Positions 8,884 to 19,206 of a stretch of DNA of 64,000 bases are shown here, piece by piece; position 1 is the first letter of the stretch, and each line of letters begins with the position of its first letter. Location of the stretch: IMG/VR virus record IMGVR_UViG_3300012933_000323, positions 141,556-205,555 of that record; one strand, written 5' to 3'. Source of the stretch: a virus. Its lineage: Duplodnaviria > Heunggongvirae > Uroviricota > Caudoviricetes. The notes under the pieces are model-generated. The model did not search any database. It saw only the letters and a program-made list of their open reading frames with translations, and was not told where the DNA came from. The position numbers and the translations under genes are program-made.

Positions 8884-8962
8884 GATTTTCCTTTCGGTTT
8901 GTAGTTGATAGGACTATTATATCATAGTTTCAGGAAATTAACAAGTATTTCCCAAAAAATAT

Positions 8963-8981
8963 CTGTATCAAAATGATACAC
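8963..8981. promoter_or_regulatory. Palindromic operator-like element TGTATCA-N3-TGATACA
   Basis: cTGTATCAaaaTGATACAc, the second copy of the 4813-4832 element. Confidence 0.5.
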
Positions 8982-8982
8982 T

Positions 8983-9183
8983 TTACTCGTTCATGATTCC
9001 GTTAACTGTTTTGTGTAAAAAAGCTTCTGCTAATTGCATAGCTTCAGCTTCCGTACAACTTGTTTCATCCCAGTCAACACAATAGCTTAGTCCTTCTTCG
9101 CCAGCGTCAATATCATATACTACAATATTGTCATTGACGATGAACCGACCTTTACCAGCGACTTGTACACTTTTCAGTTCCAT
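8983..9183 (-). CDS. Small acidic hypothetical protein
   Basis: 66-aa ORF with AAGGA RBS. Confidence 0.65.
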   Translation of the reverse strand: MELKSVQVAGKGRFIVNDNIVVYDIDAGEEGLSYCVDWDETSCTEAEAMQLAEAFLHKTVNGIMNE

Positions 9184-9223
9184 CGTTATTCCTTTTGATT
9201 ATTTTACAACTAATTTAGTTAAA

Positions 9224-11584
9224 TTATGTACAAGACTCACATGTGTAATCTTCTGATTCTTTCATCTGTTTTAGATAGTAGAAAGTTTTCATACCATGTT
9301 TAAAGCCATAGATGTGTAACTTTGACATATCATTTAATGAATCAGGTTTCTTGATATACACGTTAACTGATTGTGCTTGGTCAATCCATTTCTGACGAAC
9401 TGCTGCATTTTTAATTAATGCGTATTGATCACAATCGAAAGCTCGCTTGTAGTACGCGTTATTCTTTCTGAAGTTTGGCACAACGGTAGGAACAGTGATG
9501 GTACCTTCTTCTTTATAGAAAAAGTCATGTACTGGCTCAGTTGACTCAATACTATTAACGGCTTTACCTGAAGTTGCTGTTGGTGCAATCGCCATCAATT
9601 GAGCATTACGAATGCCGAATGTTTTAACACGTTCAGCTAATGCATTCCACTTATCCCAGTCAATCTGACGTGATGTTAATGTGAAGGCTTTCTTGTTTGC
9701 TTTATGAATCGGCAAAATACCTTTGCTCCACTCAGTTTCATAGAACTTTTCAAATTTACCCTTTTCAGTAGCAAGTTCGCAAGATACAGTAATAATCATA
9801 TATGAGAGTTCATCCCATAGTGCATCTTGTTCTTCAGCAGATTCTTGAGTATCTACAATAATTTTCTTAAGAGCTAAATAGTTGGTTTGGTTCAAGATAC
9901 CGATACCTAAGTATCTGTACATCAAGTTGGAATTCTTACCTTCTTTAACTGGGTAGTTCGCAACATCAACGGTATTATCAAGGCCACGAACCAATGTGCG
10001 AATCATTTGCCATTTTTGCTCGTCGGTCATATAGAACCATTTTTCGGCATTCACTGAACTTAGGTTACATAGAGCGATCTCGCCGGCAGTGTAACGTTTA
10101 ATGATACGCTTTTCAGCATCTTCCATAGTCACCAGTTCTTCACCAAGTGATTTGGATGCGCGTGAAGGCAATACGATTTCAGTACATAGATTACTTGAAC
10201 CAACGTAACGATTCAACATCGTTGTTTCATTTACGTTCTCTTCATGGAATAGGTAAATGTTACCAGTTTCTGAACGCTCTTTAAATAGCTTTTCCCAAAC
10301 TTCCCTAGCCTTAAGAGTCTTCTTACGAACAGTCGACTTTGCTTCATACATTTTATATAACTGTACGAATTCACTACCAAATTTTCCAATCAAGTCTGGT
10401 GTATCTTTAGGATCGAAGATTGTAATATCAGTGTCATTAATAACAGCATCAATGAAATAATCATTTAGTTTAATTGCGTACTGTAAACCACGAGCACGGT
10501 TCTCATCTGTACCACCGTTAGACTTTAATGACAAGATATCTTGTACATCAAGGTGCCACCAGTTGAAATAAATTGCCAAAGCGCCTGGACGCTTGCCACC
10601 TTGGTTCCATGCTTTCATGATAGATTCATAGAACTTCATGAAAGGCACTGGTCCAGATGAATAACCCTGTGTACCTTCAATGTAACCACCCTTAGCTCTC
10701 ATTGCTGAGATATCTAAAGCGGTACCACCCTTGAACTTAGAGTAAATGCCTAGGTTCTTACCGGTATCTAAAATGGAATGTGAATCATCGTCCAATGTGT
10801 TCAATACACATGAACTCAATTGCTGTCCAGGAGTCAACGCATTAAGCATAATTGGCGTTGCACGTGTAAAGTTATGCAGTGATAACTCATTGTATTCTTC
10901 AATGACACGTTTAACGCGATCATGTTCGTCAACCATCAATGCCATAGCTACACGCATATAGCTATGTTGTGGTAGTTCTAGTTTCTTTGTCTTTGTGTAA
11001 TTAATACAATACTTATCAAAGAAAGTAACCAAACCTTTATAGTTGAACAGCATATCGCGATCAGGAACGATCGCGGCATTGATTTGTTCAATCTCTTCAG
11101 CGGTGAACTTAGAAATAGTCTTACGATCATAAATCTTATGTTCAATACCTTTGGCAAGAACATCCTTTAGATGTGGATATTCTGTGCTTTTTGAAATGTT
11201 GTATGTTTCTTTATAGATCTTCATCAACTCAAGTTTAGCAGCTACATCTTCCCACATTGGCTGAAGCATGCTAATCTTGTTAACAGCAGTAACAATAAGC
11301 TGTTGAAACATATCTTTGATATGGATCTCTTTATGCAGCTTAATCTCAGTATCTCTAATGAGTTCATCTGCCATGAAGTCTTTGCCATCACATGCCCAGA
11401 TACAAGCATTACGCATCTTTGCCGGATCATATGATTGCTTACGACCATCGCGTTTAATAACGATAATCTTACTTACAGTTTCTTGATTAGAAACGTCAAT
11501 CTTTACTTTAGCAGTTAATGCCGCGCCTAGATTATCTAAAGAAACTTTGTTATATCGTTTTGCGTTTGTTGTAATTCTTCTCAT
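9224..11584 (-). CDS. nrdA: Ribonucleotide reductase class Ia alpha subunit with ATP cone
   Basis: VIKRDG ATP cone, ATPIM, QLSSC, GGKRPGA, SNLCTEI, LCNL, AIAPTATS, KTFYY, C-terminal CESC. Confidence 0.97.
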   Translation of the reverse strand: MRRITTNAKRYNKVSLDNLGAALTAKVKIDVSNQETVSKIIVIKRDGRKQSYDPAKMRNACIWACDGKDFMADELIRDTEIKLHKEIHIKDMFQQLIVTAVNKISMLQPMWEDVAAKLELMKIYKETYNISKSTEYPHLKDVLAKGIEHKIYDRKTISKFTAEEIEQINAAIVPDRDMLFNYKGLVTFFDKYCINYTKTKKLELPQHSYMRVAMALMVDEHDRVKRVIEEYNELSLHNFTRATPIMLNALTPGQQLSSCVLNTLDDDSHSILDTGKNLGIYSKFKGGTALDISAMRAKGGYIEGTQGYSSGPVPFMKFYESIMKAWNQGGKRPGALAIYFNWWHLDVQDILSLKSNGGTDENRARGLQYAIKLNDYFIDAVINDTDITIFDPKDTPDLIGKFGSEFVQLYKMYEAKSTVRKKTLKAREVWEKLFKERSETGNIYLFHEENVNETTMLNRYVGSSNLCTEIVLPSRASKSLGEELVTMEDAEKRIIKRYTAGEIALCNLSSVNAEKWFYMTDEQKWQMIRTLVRGLDNTVDVANYPVKEGKNSNLMYRYLGIGILNQTNYLALKKIIVDTQESAEEQDALWDELSYMIITVSCELATEKGKFEKFYETEWSKGILPIHKANKKAFTLTSRQIDWDKWNALAERVKTFGIRNAQLMAIAPTATSGKAVNSIESTEPVHDFFYKEEGTITVPTVVPNFRKNNAYYKRAFDCDQYALIKNAAVRQKWIDQAQSVNVYIKKPDSLNDMSKLHIYGFKHGMKTFYYLKQMKESEDYTCESCT

Positions 11585-12684
11585 TAAATAAATCCTAGTT
11601 CCATTTTCCCGTCAGGGATATCATTCTTCATAATACCAATTGAATAGACAGCTAAGTCTGATTCTTGTAACGCGGCGTTATCTTTGTTCAGATCTTTGTA
11701 GTTCTCAAACCATTGAACAACGTCTGTTTTGTCCTGATTGTAAATCTTGTCCATACCAATTTGGGTACATCTCAGATCAACATAGTACTTCAAAAATTGT
11801 TCAAAAACTGGTTTTGTTAATGTAGGAATATCACCAAGTGATAATAGATATACCGCCCAGCCCAATTCATCATCATAAACTTTAAGGAATGTGTCCTTGA
11901 CCATTTGTTTATACCAATCTGATTCCATCAACTCTCTGAATCCTTCTGAAGATTCTTTCTTCAAAATATTCAGCGTGCCTGAACCCATCGATGTATGGAT
12001 GTCTTCATCAAAGTTAATTAACTTGATAATACGAGTAGCGCCTTGAATTTTGTTTGCATAAGCATTGTTGATTACATAAGTAACTAAGAATGAAATGTAA
12101 AACTTAACGCCTTCTAAAGCGAAAATATTCACTAACAATTCAAGAAGCAATTTTTTCTTGTCTTCTAATGTGTCCAATGAATGAATGTTCTTAACACGTG
12201 TATAAAGATCAATCTCTTTATCAATGCGTCGTTGAATCTCTGGATAATCTTTAATCTTATCAAAGATTTTACTTGCATCGGAGAAGATACCGCGAAGTAA
12301 ATGTGAATACGATAAACTATGTATTAGTTCAAAGTAACCCCAAGTTTTGAACATAGCTTCAAATTCTGGGTTTGTGCAAAGTTCAGCAACAACTTCCTCA
12401 AGACCTTTATTTTGGCCTGAGTCCATTAGTGTTTGAAAAAGCCAGATTCTAATCATGACTTCTTGCATAGCTTCAGGAAGTTCAAAGAACTTCTGAGCAT
12501 CATTTACCATTGAGATTTCGTTGGGGTTCCAAAACGCATTACGTTGTCGTTCTTCTGTTTGAACTGCGAATTTGTATGTCGGGTTGTCATATCGCTGAAA
12601 CCCTGAGTAGTCACCGAAGAAGATCTTTTCTTTAGATTTCTCAGTGACTAAGTTTTTTGTGTCTAAAATTTTAGAGACGGTCAT
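11584..12684 (-). CDS. nrdB: Ribonucleotide reductase class Ia beta subunit
   Basis: FWNPNEI, QTLMDS, ELIHSLSY (radical Tyr), LEGVKFY, DEDIH, ALQESD. Confidence 0.95.
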   Translation of the reverse strand: MTVSKILDTKNLVTEKSKEKIFFGDYSGFQRYDNPTYKFAVQTEERQRNAFWNPNEISMVNDAQKFFELPEAMQEVMIRIWLFQTLMDSGQNKGLEEVVAELCTNPEFEAMFKTWGYFELIHSLSYSHLLRGIFSDASKIFDKIKDYPEIQRRIDKEIDLYTRVKNIHSLDTLEDKKKLLLELLVNIFALEGVKFYISFLVTYVINNAYANKIQGATRIIKLINFDEDIHTSMGSGTLNILKKESSEGFRELMESDWYKQMVKDTFLKVYDDELGWAVYLLSLGDIPTLTKPVFEQFLKYYVDLRCTQIGMDKIYNQDKTDVVQWFENYKDLNKDNAALQESDLAVYSIGIMKNDIPDGKMELGFI

Positions 12685-12712
12685 TTCTGTCCTTTATCCG
12701 TGTTGACTACCA

Positions 12713-12735
12713 ATTATATACCTTATTTATTTAAA
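12713..12735 (-). promoter_or_regulatory. Sigma70-type promoter TTTAA-N12-TATAAT upstream of nrdB
   Basis: Minus strand TTTAAataaataaggtaTATAAT. Confidence 0.6.
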
Positions 12736-12749
12736 ATAAAGTACTATGA

Positions 12750-13073
12750 TTAAATGCGAAAGGACTCTCCGCATCCGCAACGGTCGCGCTCGTTCGGGTT
12801 CAAAAACTTGAAGCCCTCGTTCAGACCTTCGCGCACGAAGTCCAGCTGTGTGCCGTCGATGTAAGCTAGACTTTTAGGATCAATCAAAATCTTTATGCCG
12901 TGTTCTTCAAAGATCACGTCTTCAGGTTCTTGTTCATCCACATATTCCAACTTATAAGCCAAGCCAGAACACCCAGTAGTCTTAACTCCTAGGCGTACAC
13001 CAACTCCCTTGCCGCGTTTGGCAAGGTAGCGTGTAACATGGCGGGCTGCCGGTTCGGTTAATGTGACTGCCAT
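12750..13073 (-). CDS. iscA: Fe-S cluster assembly A-type carrier IscA
   Basis: [46 protein letters not shown]. Confidence 0.95.
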   Translation of the reverse strand: MAVTLTEPAARHVTRYLAKRGKGVGVRLGVKTTGCSGLAYKLEYVDEQEPEDVIFEEHGIKILIDPKSLAYIDGTQLDFVREGLNEGFKFLNPNERDRCGCGESFRI

Positions 13074-13087
13074 GTTATTATATCAAA

Positions 13088-13588
13088 TTACCATGCGGTT
13101 AATGTTAATGGGGTGCGTGCCCAGATATCTGATGTGCCATCAAAGTTAGCTGTGCAATAGAAAAGGTATGAACCATTGATCGCAATCATACCAGTAGTAT
13201 GACCAGCTTGGCCAACTGAAGATGTTGGGACAGGAACAAATGCGTTCTGTTTTGCGGTGTCAACACCTTGGAATGCAACATCTACTTCATTTTTTGTGTA
13301 AACATCTGCTACGTTTGCTTTAGTACCAAGAATTGATACTAAGCCAGTAGAGAAGTTTGCGTCGTCAGCAATGGCTGCAGCAATTTCATTTAGTGTGTTC
13401 AATGCTGCTGGTGCACCGTCGATAATTGCGTTGATTCCAGATGATACTGCTGAAGCAACGTAAGCTTGAGTTGCAAGAGCGTTAAGATTAATGGAACCTT
13501 CGCTATCAGTGGTGAATACGATTGATTGGTTTGTACCAGCAACAAGTTCTAAATTGCCGGTGTTTGTTCCTTGGATAATACTAGACAT
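13088..13588 (-). CDS. Short fibre / virion structural protein
   Basis: GAPAALNTLNEIAAAIADDANF fibre motif. C-terminal SSVGQAG..GMIAINGSYLFYCTA..WARTPL. Confidence 0.7.
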   Translation of the reverse strand: MSSIIQGTNTGNLELVAGTNQSIVFTTDSEGSINLNALATQAYVASAVSSGINAIIDGAPAALNTLNEIAAAIADDANFSTGLVSILGTKANVADVYTKNEVDVAFQGVDTAKQNAFVPVPTSSVGQAGHTTGMIAINGSYLFYCTANFDGTSDIWARTPLTLTAW

Positions 13589-13604
13589 TATAATTTCCTC
13601 TTAT

Positions 13605-14090
13605 TTAAATAATTTTCCAAACGGCACCGTTGCCGATTGTGATAGTTACGTTATCTGCAATTTTAATTGGGCTAATTGATGCAGCATTGTTTGTACTAGG
13701 GATAGTCACACTTTGAGAAATCGTGTTTACTTGTTGAATGATACCGGTTTGGTTGTTTCTAACGGATTCAACCATCGCATCAGTTTCTACCCTATCATAG
13801 ACGTTTGCTGTATCTGCCTTTAATGATAATGCAGAATCAACTTCGGTAATCGAATAAGAATCAGAGATATCTCTTTTACTATCTGTTGGTGAAACAAGAT
13901 TTCCTAATGTAACGGCTTGTTCAATAGTTGTTGTATCGGATAGGTTTGCGTTACTGGTTTTCTTGTACCATTTAATTTCATTATAGTTACCAAAACTTTC
14001 TACAATTACAAAACGTCCAACAGGTACTTTATCAATACCTGTCTGTGTACCATTTGTAAAGTGATAGTTCGGCTTTAATTTATAAGCCAT
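13605..14090 (-). CDS. Virion structural protein
   Basis: KADTANVYDRVETD repeat. C-terminal SISPIKIADNVTITIGNGAVWKII is typical of fibre-associated proteins. Confidence 0.65.
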   Translation of the reverse strand: MAYKLKPNYHFTNGTQTGIDKVPVGRFVIVESFGNYNEIKWYKKTSNANLSDTTTIEQAVTLGNLVSPTDSKRDISDSYSITEVDSALSLKADTANVYDRVETDAMVESVRNNQTGIIQQVNTISQSVTIPSTNNAASISPIKIADNVTITIGNGAVWKII

Positions 14091-14140
14091 CGTGTCTCCT
14101 TAATATCGGGAATCTAGTCCCAGTTTTTGTCTATTAGACA

Positions 14141-15832
14141 TTATGCTTGGTTAACCCACTCGTATGTACTGAATGTTTTAACAACACCAACTAATTGGTA
14201 TCTACCAGGTAGATCAATAACAGATGTGCCATCTCTATGAATAGATTGCATTTTTACAATACCATCTTGGACATAACCGTAGTGATATTCTGACTGGTTT
14301 TGGTCCCATGTAAGGTTATTATCAAAACCGGTATATGGTGTATGGCCATTTGCGAAATCTTTGTTATAGTCGTGTTCAGTACCTGTCACAACTGGTGTAA
14401 CAACTACCATCCAGTTGTAATTATCTGGGTTAGGAATATTAAAATCATTTAATAGTGATGGTTCCCATGTACCTTTGAAGTAACCTTCTCTAACGATCAT
14501 CATATGTGATGTATTCGCGCTATGATACACCAAACCGTTCTGAACCATCTGTTGATTAGCATCATATTTTCTGATGTAAATCCCAGGGTTACCTGCATAA
14601 CTTTGTGATGCGTCAACATCCAAGTAAATTTCGCTAATTATTTCTAATGGTGTACTTGGATCACCTAGATATTGTATAGAATTAGCTGCATTAACAATGT
14701 GAGCGTCTGTAAGCATCACTGGCTTTGTATCAACACTTACATACTTCCATGCTTGCTTACCGTCAAGTTTATCAGAATCTAATCCAGACCCGTGGCCATC
14801 AACAGAACTTAATTTTAAAAGAATGTCGGCAGCAGTGTAATTAGCAGCATCAAGTTTAGTTGCTTCAATAGCGTCAACTTCTGTTTTAGTGTAAGCATCA
14901 GTGATACCATAACCACTTAACGTTGTTGCGTTATCGGCCTTTTGCGAATCCAATGTAGAGATTTGTAAATCTACATAGACTGTACTTGCCAACGGTGATA
15001 ACAGATTATCTACGTCGGTTTGAGAATATGAATCTGTTACATCACGCTTTAATGTTAGTTTTGTGTCAACATCCTGCGTTGTGTAAATTTCTGAGCCCAG
15101 GACTGAACCATTACCAACGACAACGTTCTTACCAACGGTTAGAGGAGTATTGAATTCAATGGTTTTATTGTACCATGTATAGTCAGTTTCAGAAATTAAT
15201 AGACCATCAACAAACACCGATGGGCTCTTAAGAACAAAGTCCGTGATGAACAAATATTGTCCAGCAGTCGATGTAAATGTCTGCTTTGCGATAACTAATG
15301 ATGAATCATAAGTCACACCAGCAATAATAGTAACGGTTTCACCAAGAACACACGGTGCACTTAACGTAACTGTTGTGTTATTTGTAACCGTGAATTTATC
15401 TGTTGGCAGTAAGATACCATCAGAGAACACCATCGGTGTGCCTTCAAGATTGAACGGAGTAACAAATGTTACTTGGCCGTTTGTCGTGTTGTACACATGG
15501 TGTTTAATTACGGCACCTTTTGATGCTGCAACAGAGTCAATTGTAATTAATTGCCAATAAGTTGTATCTGTAGGAGTTGGTACATTATTAAAGTTTTGAT
15601 CTATACGGGATTTGTAAATTAATTCGCCGTAAGTAACATACTCGTCACCTTCATAGATTTTGCCGTTATTCCAGACAGGTAGAGTTACACCGGTTAAAAT
15701 GTCAATGACAGCTTTTAACTCACGTGTTTCTCTTTTAAGCCTCATTAGACCGCGGTTAAGCACAGTCTCGTTTGGCTGTTGTTGATTTTTAATTCTATAG
15801 TTATTGAAAAAATCTTCTAATGTTACAAACAT
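14141..15832 (-). CDS. Baseplate-associated fibre / wedge protein
   Basis: WNNGKIY..DEYVTY module, two GQxxF...VFxDG repeats, TTLSGYGITDAYTKTEVD, VDGHGSGLDSDKLDG. Confidence 0.7.
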   Translation of the reverse strand: MFVTLEDFFNNYRIKNQQQPNETVLNRGLMRLKRETRELKAVIDILTGVTLPVWNNGKIYEGDEYVTYGELIYKSRIDQNFNNVPTPTDTTYWQLITIDSVAASKGAVIKHHVYNTTNGQVTFVTPFNLEGTPMVFSDGILLPTDKFTVTNNTTVTLSAPCVLGETVTIIAGVTYDSSLVIAKQTFTSTAGQYLFITDFVLKSPSVFVDGLLISETDYTWYNKTIEFNTPLTVGKNVVVGNGSVLGSEIYTTQDVDTKLTLKRDVTDSYSQTDVDNLLSPLASTVYVDLQISTLDSQKADNATTLSGYGITDAYTKTEVDAIEATKLDAANYTAADILLKLSSVDGHGSGLDSDKLDGKQAWKYVSVDTKPVMLTDAHIVNAANSIQYLGDPSTPLEIISEIYLDVDASQSYAGNPGIYIRKYDANQQMVQNGLVYHSANTSHMMIVREGYFKGTWEPSLLNDFNIPNPDNYNWMVVVTPVVTGTEHDYNKDFANGHTPYTGFDNNLTWDQNQSEYHYGYVQDGIVKMQSIHRDGTSVIDLPGRYQLVGVVKTFSTYEWVNQA

Positions 15833-15846
15833 GTGCTTTTCCTATA

Positions 15847-16620
15847 TTAAAATGTGATAGTCCAAACAATACGTAACAAAACTGTACTATCTTTAACCTT
15901 AGCTTTGAATGTCTTCATTGCAAAAATTCTATTGTTTGCATATAATGCTGCTTCAGTAAAAATTGAAGAAGGACCACCATCTTGAAGGTTGGCCGCAGCT
16001 GTAGCAACGTCAATTGTGAATGTCACTGATGTGCCAGATTGAAGAACCTTAACTGTACTACCTGAAGCAGTATCGTCTTCAACTAGGTTGAGTGCTTGTG
16101 TACCATTAATGTCAATGTTCGTTCTTGGCATGTTGAATGTAATGCTGTACGTGTACGGCGCATCTGTTCCAAGAAATTCCCAAATAGCTGTGTTTGCAAC
16201 AACAGCGTCAGTAACTTGGTAATTCGCAACAGTGGCACCAAGATATCTATAATATCCTGATAATGCTGGGTTAGTAGTAACGATAAAGAAGATATCATTC
16301 TTTCTAACGTTAGCAACAATAGTGTTAACTGCTACTTGTGTTGTTGCTGCTTCGGAAAACATACGATCTCGTTCTTTAACGAAACCTTCTTCCTTGCCTT
16401 TTGGAGTAACAATAGAATCGCCAATATGACCAAGTGATCCTAGTCTAAAGTTATTGATGAACGTGCTAGAACTTAAATTCGCAAACAACTCTGACATTGT
16501 TGTACGAGCTGTTTCCATAATCATATTATCGTCAACGTATTCGTCAAGCACAGTCATATTATTAAGCGCATCAATCGCTTGGATCTGAAAATGACCCTTA
16601 AAAGTAATATTATCTTGCAT
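15847..16620 (-). CDS. Baseplate structural protein
   Basis: FTEAALYA...FAMKTFKAKVKDSTVLLRIVWTITF ending typical of myovirus baseplate/fibre-attachment proteins. Sits in the baseplate operon. Confidence 0.65.
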   Translation of the reverse strand: MQDNITFKGHFQIQAIDALNNMTVLDEYVDDNMIMETARTTMSELFANLSSSTFINNFRLGSLGHIGDSIVTPKGKEEGFVKERDRMFSEAATTQVAVNTIVANVRKNDIFFIVTTNPALSGYYRYLGATVANYQVTDAVVANTAIWEFLGTDAPYTYSITFNMPRTNIDINGTQALNLVEDDTASGSTVKVLQSGTSVTFTIDVATAAANLQDGGPSSIFTEAALYANNRIFAMKTFKAKVKDSTVLLRIVWTITF

Positions 16621-16622
16621 GC

Positions 16623-16877
16623 TTATACCTCAAACCAAAGTAATACAGCTGTCCCGTTGTCTGTCCCAACAGACGCTTTATATAACTTATCATTACTTGA
16701 ATTAAGCCATAAGTCGCCATGCTTAGATGCCAAAATGGTTGGTGGTGTAGCAGAACTTGAGTATCTAACGTACCCTAGAAACTCGGTGTCTAAGTTAAAT
16801 GCTCTTTTGATTGCTGCGGTGGCCTGAGCTGCTGTCAGACCAAGTGGGTATGGTGAGTAACCGTCATTAGTTGCCAT
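16623..16877 (-). CDS. Small virion protein
   Basis: SATPP...GDLWLNSSNDKLY motif. Late promoter at 16906-16913. Confidence 0.6.
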   Translation of the reverse strand: MATNDGYSPYPLGLTAAQATAAIKRAFNLDTEFLGYVRYSSSATPPTILASKHGDLWLNSSNDKLYKASVGTDNGTAVLLWFEV

Positions 16878-16905
16878 TATACAATCCTTTTTCTCAAATT
16901 TTAAT

Positions 16906-16913
16906 TATTTATA
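16906..16913 (-). promoter_or_regulatory. Late promoter TATAAATA
   Basis: Exact match. Confidence 0.65.
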
Positions 16914-19203
16914 CATTATCGCCGTATGTAACTAAGTAGAATCCGTCGTTTGAATAGAAGTAATAATCATATCCAACCAATTCATCTGAATACAAGTAAT
17001 AGCCGGTTGTTGATAGGCCATAAACTAGAATGTTATCTGTTGCATAATCTGTACTTGTCATCACAATGAAGTCAGACGTGCCAATAGGATAAATTTTACG
17101 GCCAGAGTTAATGAATGTTTCTTCTTCAGGCAAAAAGTCGATATTAGATGTATCGTATTTGTTACCTTCAATGAATGCGCCACTAAGTAGTAGTGTTGAT
17201 GGTAGATTGGCAATGCTTGTAATACCATTGTCAATCATGTAATTCAGCAGATATTTATCCGAATTGGAGTAAGTGTTTTCTGTTGAAAGTTCACCAATCT
17301 GTTTCAATACATACACTGCAGTTGAATTAGATCCAGGCATTTGTTCCGTGGATGCAATCGTGTTAAAACCAAGTAATCCTGAGAAGTTTGGTGCACCATT
17401 TTGATATACAAACAAATCAGTTCTAATTAGAATATCTAGCGTGTGTGTTTTTAGGTCCGTAGCTTCATAGAATGCGCTAACCAATGGTTTACCATTAGGC
17501 GCATAAATCGTTGCGTCTAGTCTATATGATCCAGCTGCTAATGATGTGTAATCAATAATAGATGTAAAGTTTCCAGACCCGTTTGCAATTACAGGAGTGA
17601 TAACGGTTAAACCATTAGAATCCTTTAATACTAAATCAAATGATGAATTGGCTGGTGCAACACCAACAGCTCTTAACGTGTTAGGCGTAACGTGATCGTA
17701 ATCGTCAACAAGAGTAAAGTAAAATTCATGATCAAAATTATTCAGGCCACATGAACTCATTGTAAACGAATATGGCGCAACCGTGCGTTCAATCGTTGAT
17801 TTTACAGTGTAGTTATCACCGCTAAGTTGGTACGTATTGAATGTAGTTGAAAAGAAGCCTGTACCATCTGGTTGTACACCGCTGTTTACGATACTATTGT
17901 TGTAGGCATCGGTAACAACTACGGTAACCGGCTCTTGCCCTGATGATTTTCCAGTTACTAATACGGTGAACTTATCAGCAATTTCATTATTCAGTGCGCT
18001 AATATTAGTGTACACCTTCTTTGATTCATCTAAACCAGGAGCCGTTGAGTATGTATCTCCACCAACATGGAATGCATATTCGCCAGAAGTTAAGTTGTAA
18101 TACTTCTGAGCTTCAATACCACCGTTGTCTTCTTTAATCTTTGTAACTTCTGCTTCAACCATGATCTGATTGATTTCATCTGTGTAACCAAAGGTGTAAT
18201 CAGACGCATAGTTTACATATAATGACCAGTGACCGCTATATTCCTTAATTTGATTACTTAAATTATTAGCAAGAAAATCAGAATAATTAAGATATAGAAT
18301 CTCAATAGGATTTGTATATTGTTCTAAGTAAGTTCCGTCGGTGAATAGAATAGATCTAAAACGTCTATCGTCAACTGCCCTGTCAACGAATGTGTTAACA
18401 ACTTTATTTACCCAAACAACGACCTGGGTGTTATATTCTTGTTCAGTGAATAATTTTCCAGTAATTGGGTTCTTTCTTGATAAGAAGTCAGCCTTTACGA
18501 CAACATCATTTGGTGCAGCAGTGAACACGTCAAAGTGCCCATCAAGATTACGAATCTCAATGTTATAGATGTTATAGATAATATCAATACCAAATAAGTC
18601 TTGGATTGATTGGTCTACGATTTGGTTATATTCATATGTAAAACCAAGTGGGTGAGCAAGTGGCTTTACAATGTTTTCATACATTTCTTTTAGAATAGAA
18701 CCGTCTGTTCTAAAATGAAACGGCTTTACTTCATAAAGCTTTAAGTCGTTTGTCGTTTCAGCAGTTTCTAAATACTTTGTTAGATTATATGCGTACTTAA
18801 TACTTAAATCAGTACCAATCTTTTCTTTGAACGCTTTGTTTGTAACAAAATATTCATCACTAATAATTCGTTCAACGTCTTGGAAGAACGGCGTACCTTT
18901 AATGCCAGATTGTTCAAACTTAGCTTTAATAACGTCGTTGCTTTGCGCTTTAGTCAGCACTTGATACAGCGCTGTCATATACACATCCAACAAACCTTTT
19001 CTAAGATTTAGTTTGGATTCCTGTACCATCGGTGAATCATTAACATCATATTCATTAATATAGATTTTTCTAATTGATTCAGCGACGACTGCATTTTCTT
19101 CAATATTTTCAATAAAAATATCCATCGCCGTAGCGATTAGTGGAATATTTTTAATGTTCTCTGGAGTGATAGCATCAAAGATGCCTTTAATATCCATTGA
19201 CAT
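16909..19203 (-). CDS. Baseplate wedge protein, gp7-like, with Ig-like C-terminal domains
   Basis: KIGTDLSIKYAY and VKPLAHPLGF motifs. Directly downstream of gp6. Confidence 0.7.
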   Translation of the reverse strand: MSMDIKGIFDAITPENIKNIPLIATAMDIFIENIEENAVVAESIRKIYINEYDVNDSPMVQESKLNLRKGLLDVYMTALYQVLTKAQSNDVIKAKFEQSGIKGTPFFQDVERIISDEYFVTNKAFKEKIGTDLSIKYAYNLTKYLETAETTNDLKLYEVKPFHFRTDGSILKEMYENIVKPLAHPLGFTYEYNQIVDQSIQDLFGIDIIYNIYNIEIRNLDGHFDVFTAAPNDVVVKADFLSRKNPITGKLFTEQEYNTQVVVWVNKVVNTFVDRAVDDRRFRSILFTDGTYLEQYTNPIEILYLNYSDFLANNLSNQIKEYSGHWSLYVNYASDYTFGYTDEINQIMVEAEVTKIKEDNGGIEAQKYYNLTSGEYAFHVGGDTYSTAPGLDESKKVYTNISALNNEIADKFTVLVTGKSSGQEPVTVVVTDAYNNSIVNSGVQPDGTGFFSTTFNTYQLSGDNYTVKSTIERTVAPYSFTMSSCGLNNFDHEFYFTLVDDYDHVTPNTLRAVGVAPANSSFDLVLKDSNGLTVITPVIANGSGNFTSIIDYTSLAAGSYRLDATIYAPNGKPLVSAFYEATDLKTHTLDILIRTDLFVYQNGAPNFSGLLGFNTIASTEQMPGSNSTAVYVLKQIGELSTENTYSNSDKYLLNYMIDNGITSIANLPSTLLLSGAFIEGNKYDTSNIDFLPEEETFINSGRKIYPIGTSDFIVMTSTDYATDNILVYGLSTTGYYLYSDELVGYDYYFYSNDGFYLVTYGDNV

Positions 19204-19206
19204 AAA

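Noticed and set aside
9224-12684. Introns, inteins or a metal-free variant in nrdA/nrdB
   Set aside because: Both ORFs are continuous and of normal length, and NrdB retains its metal ligands and radical Tyr.
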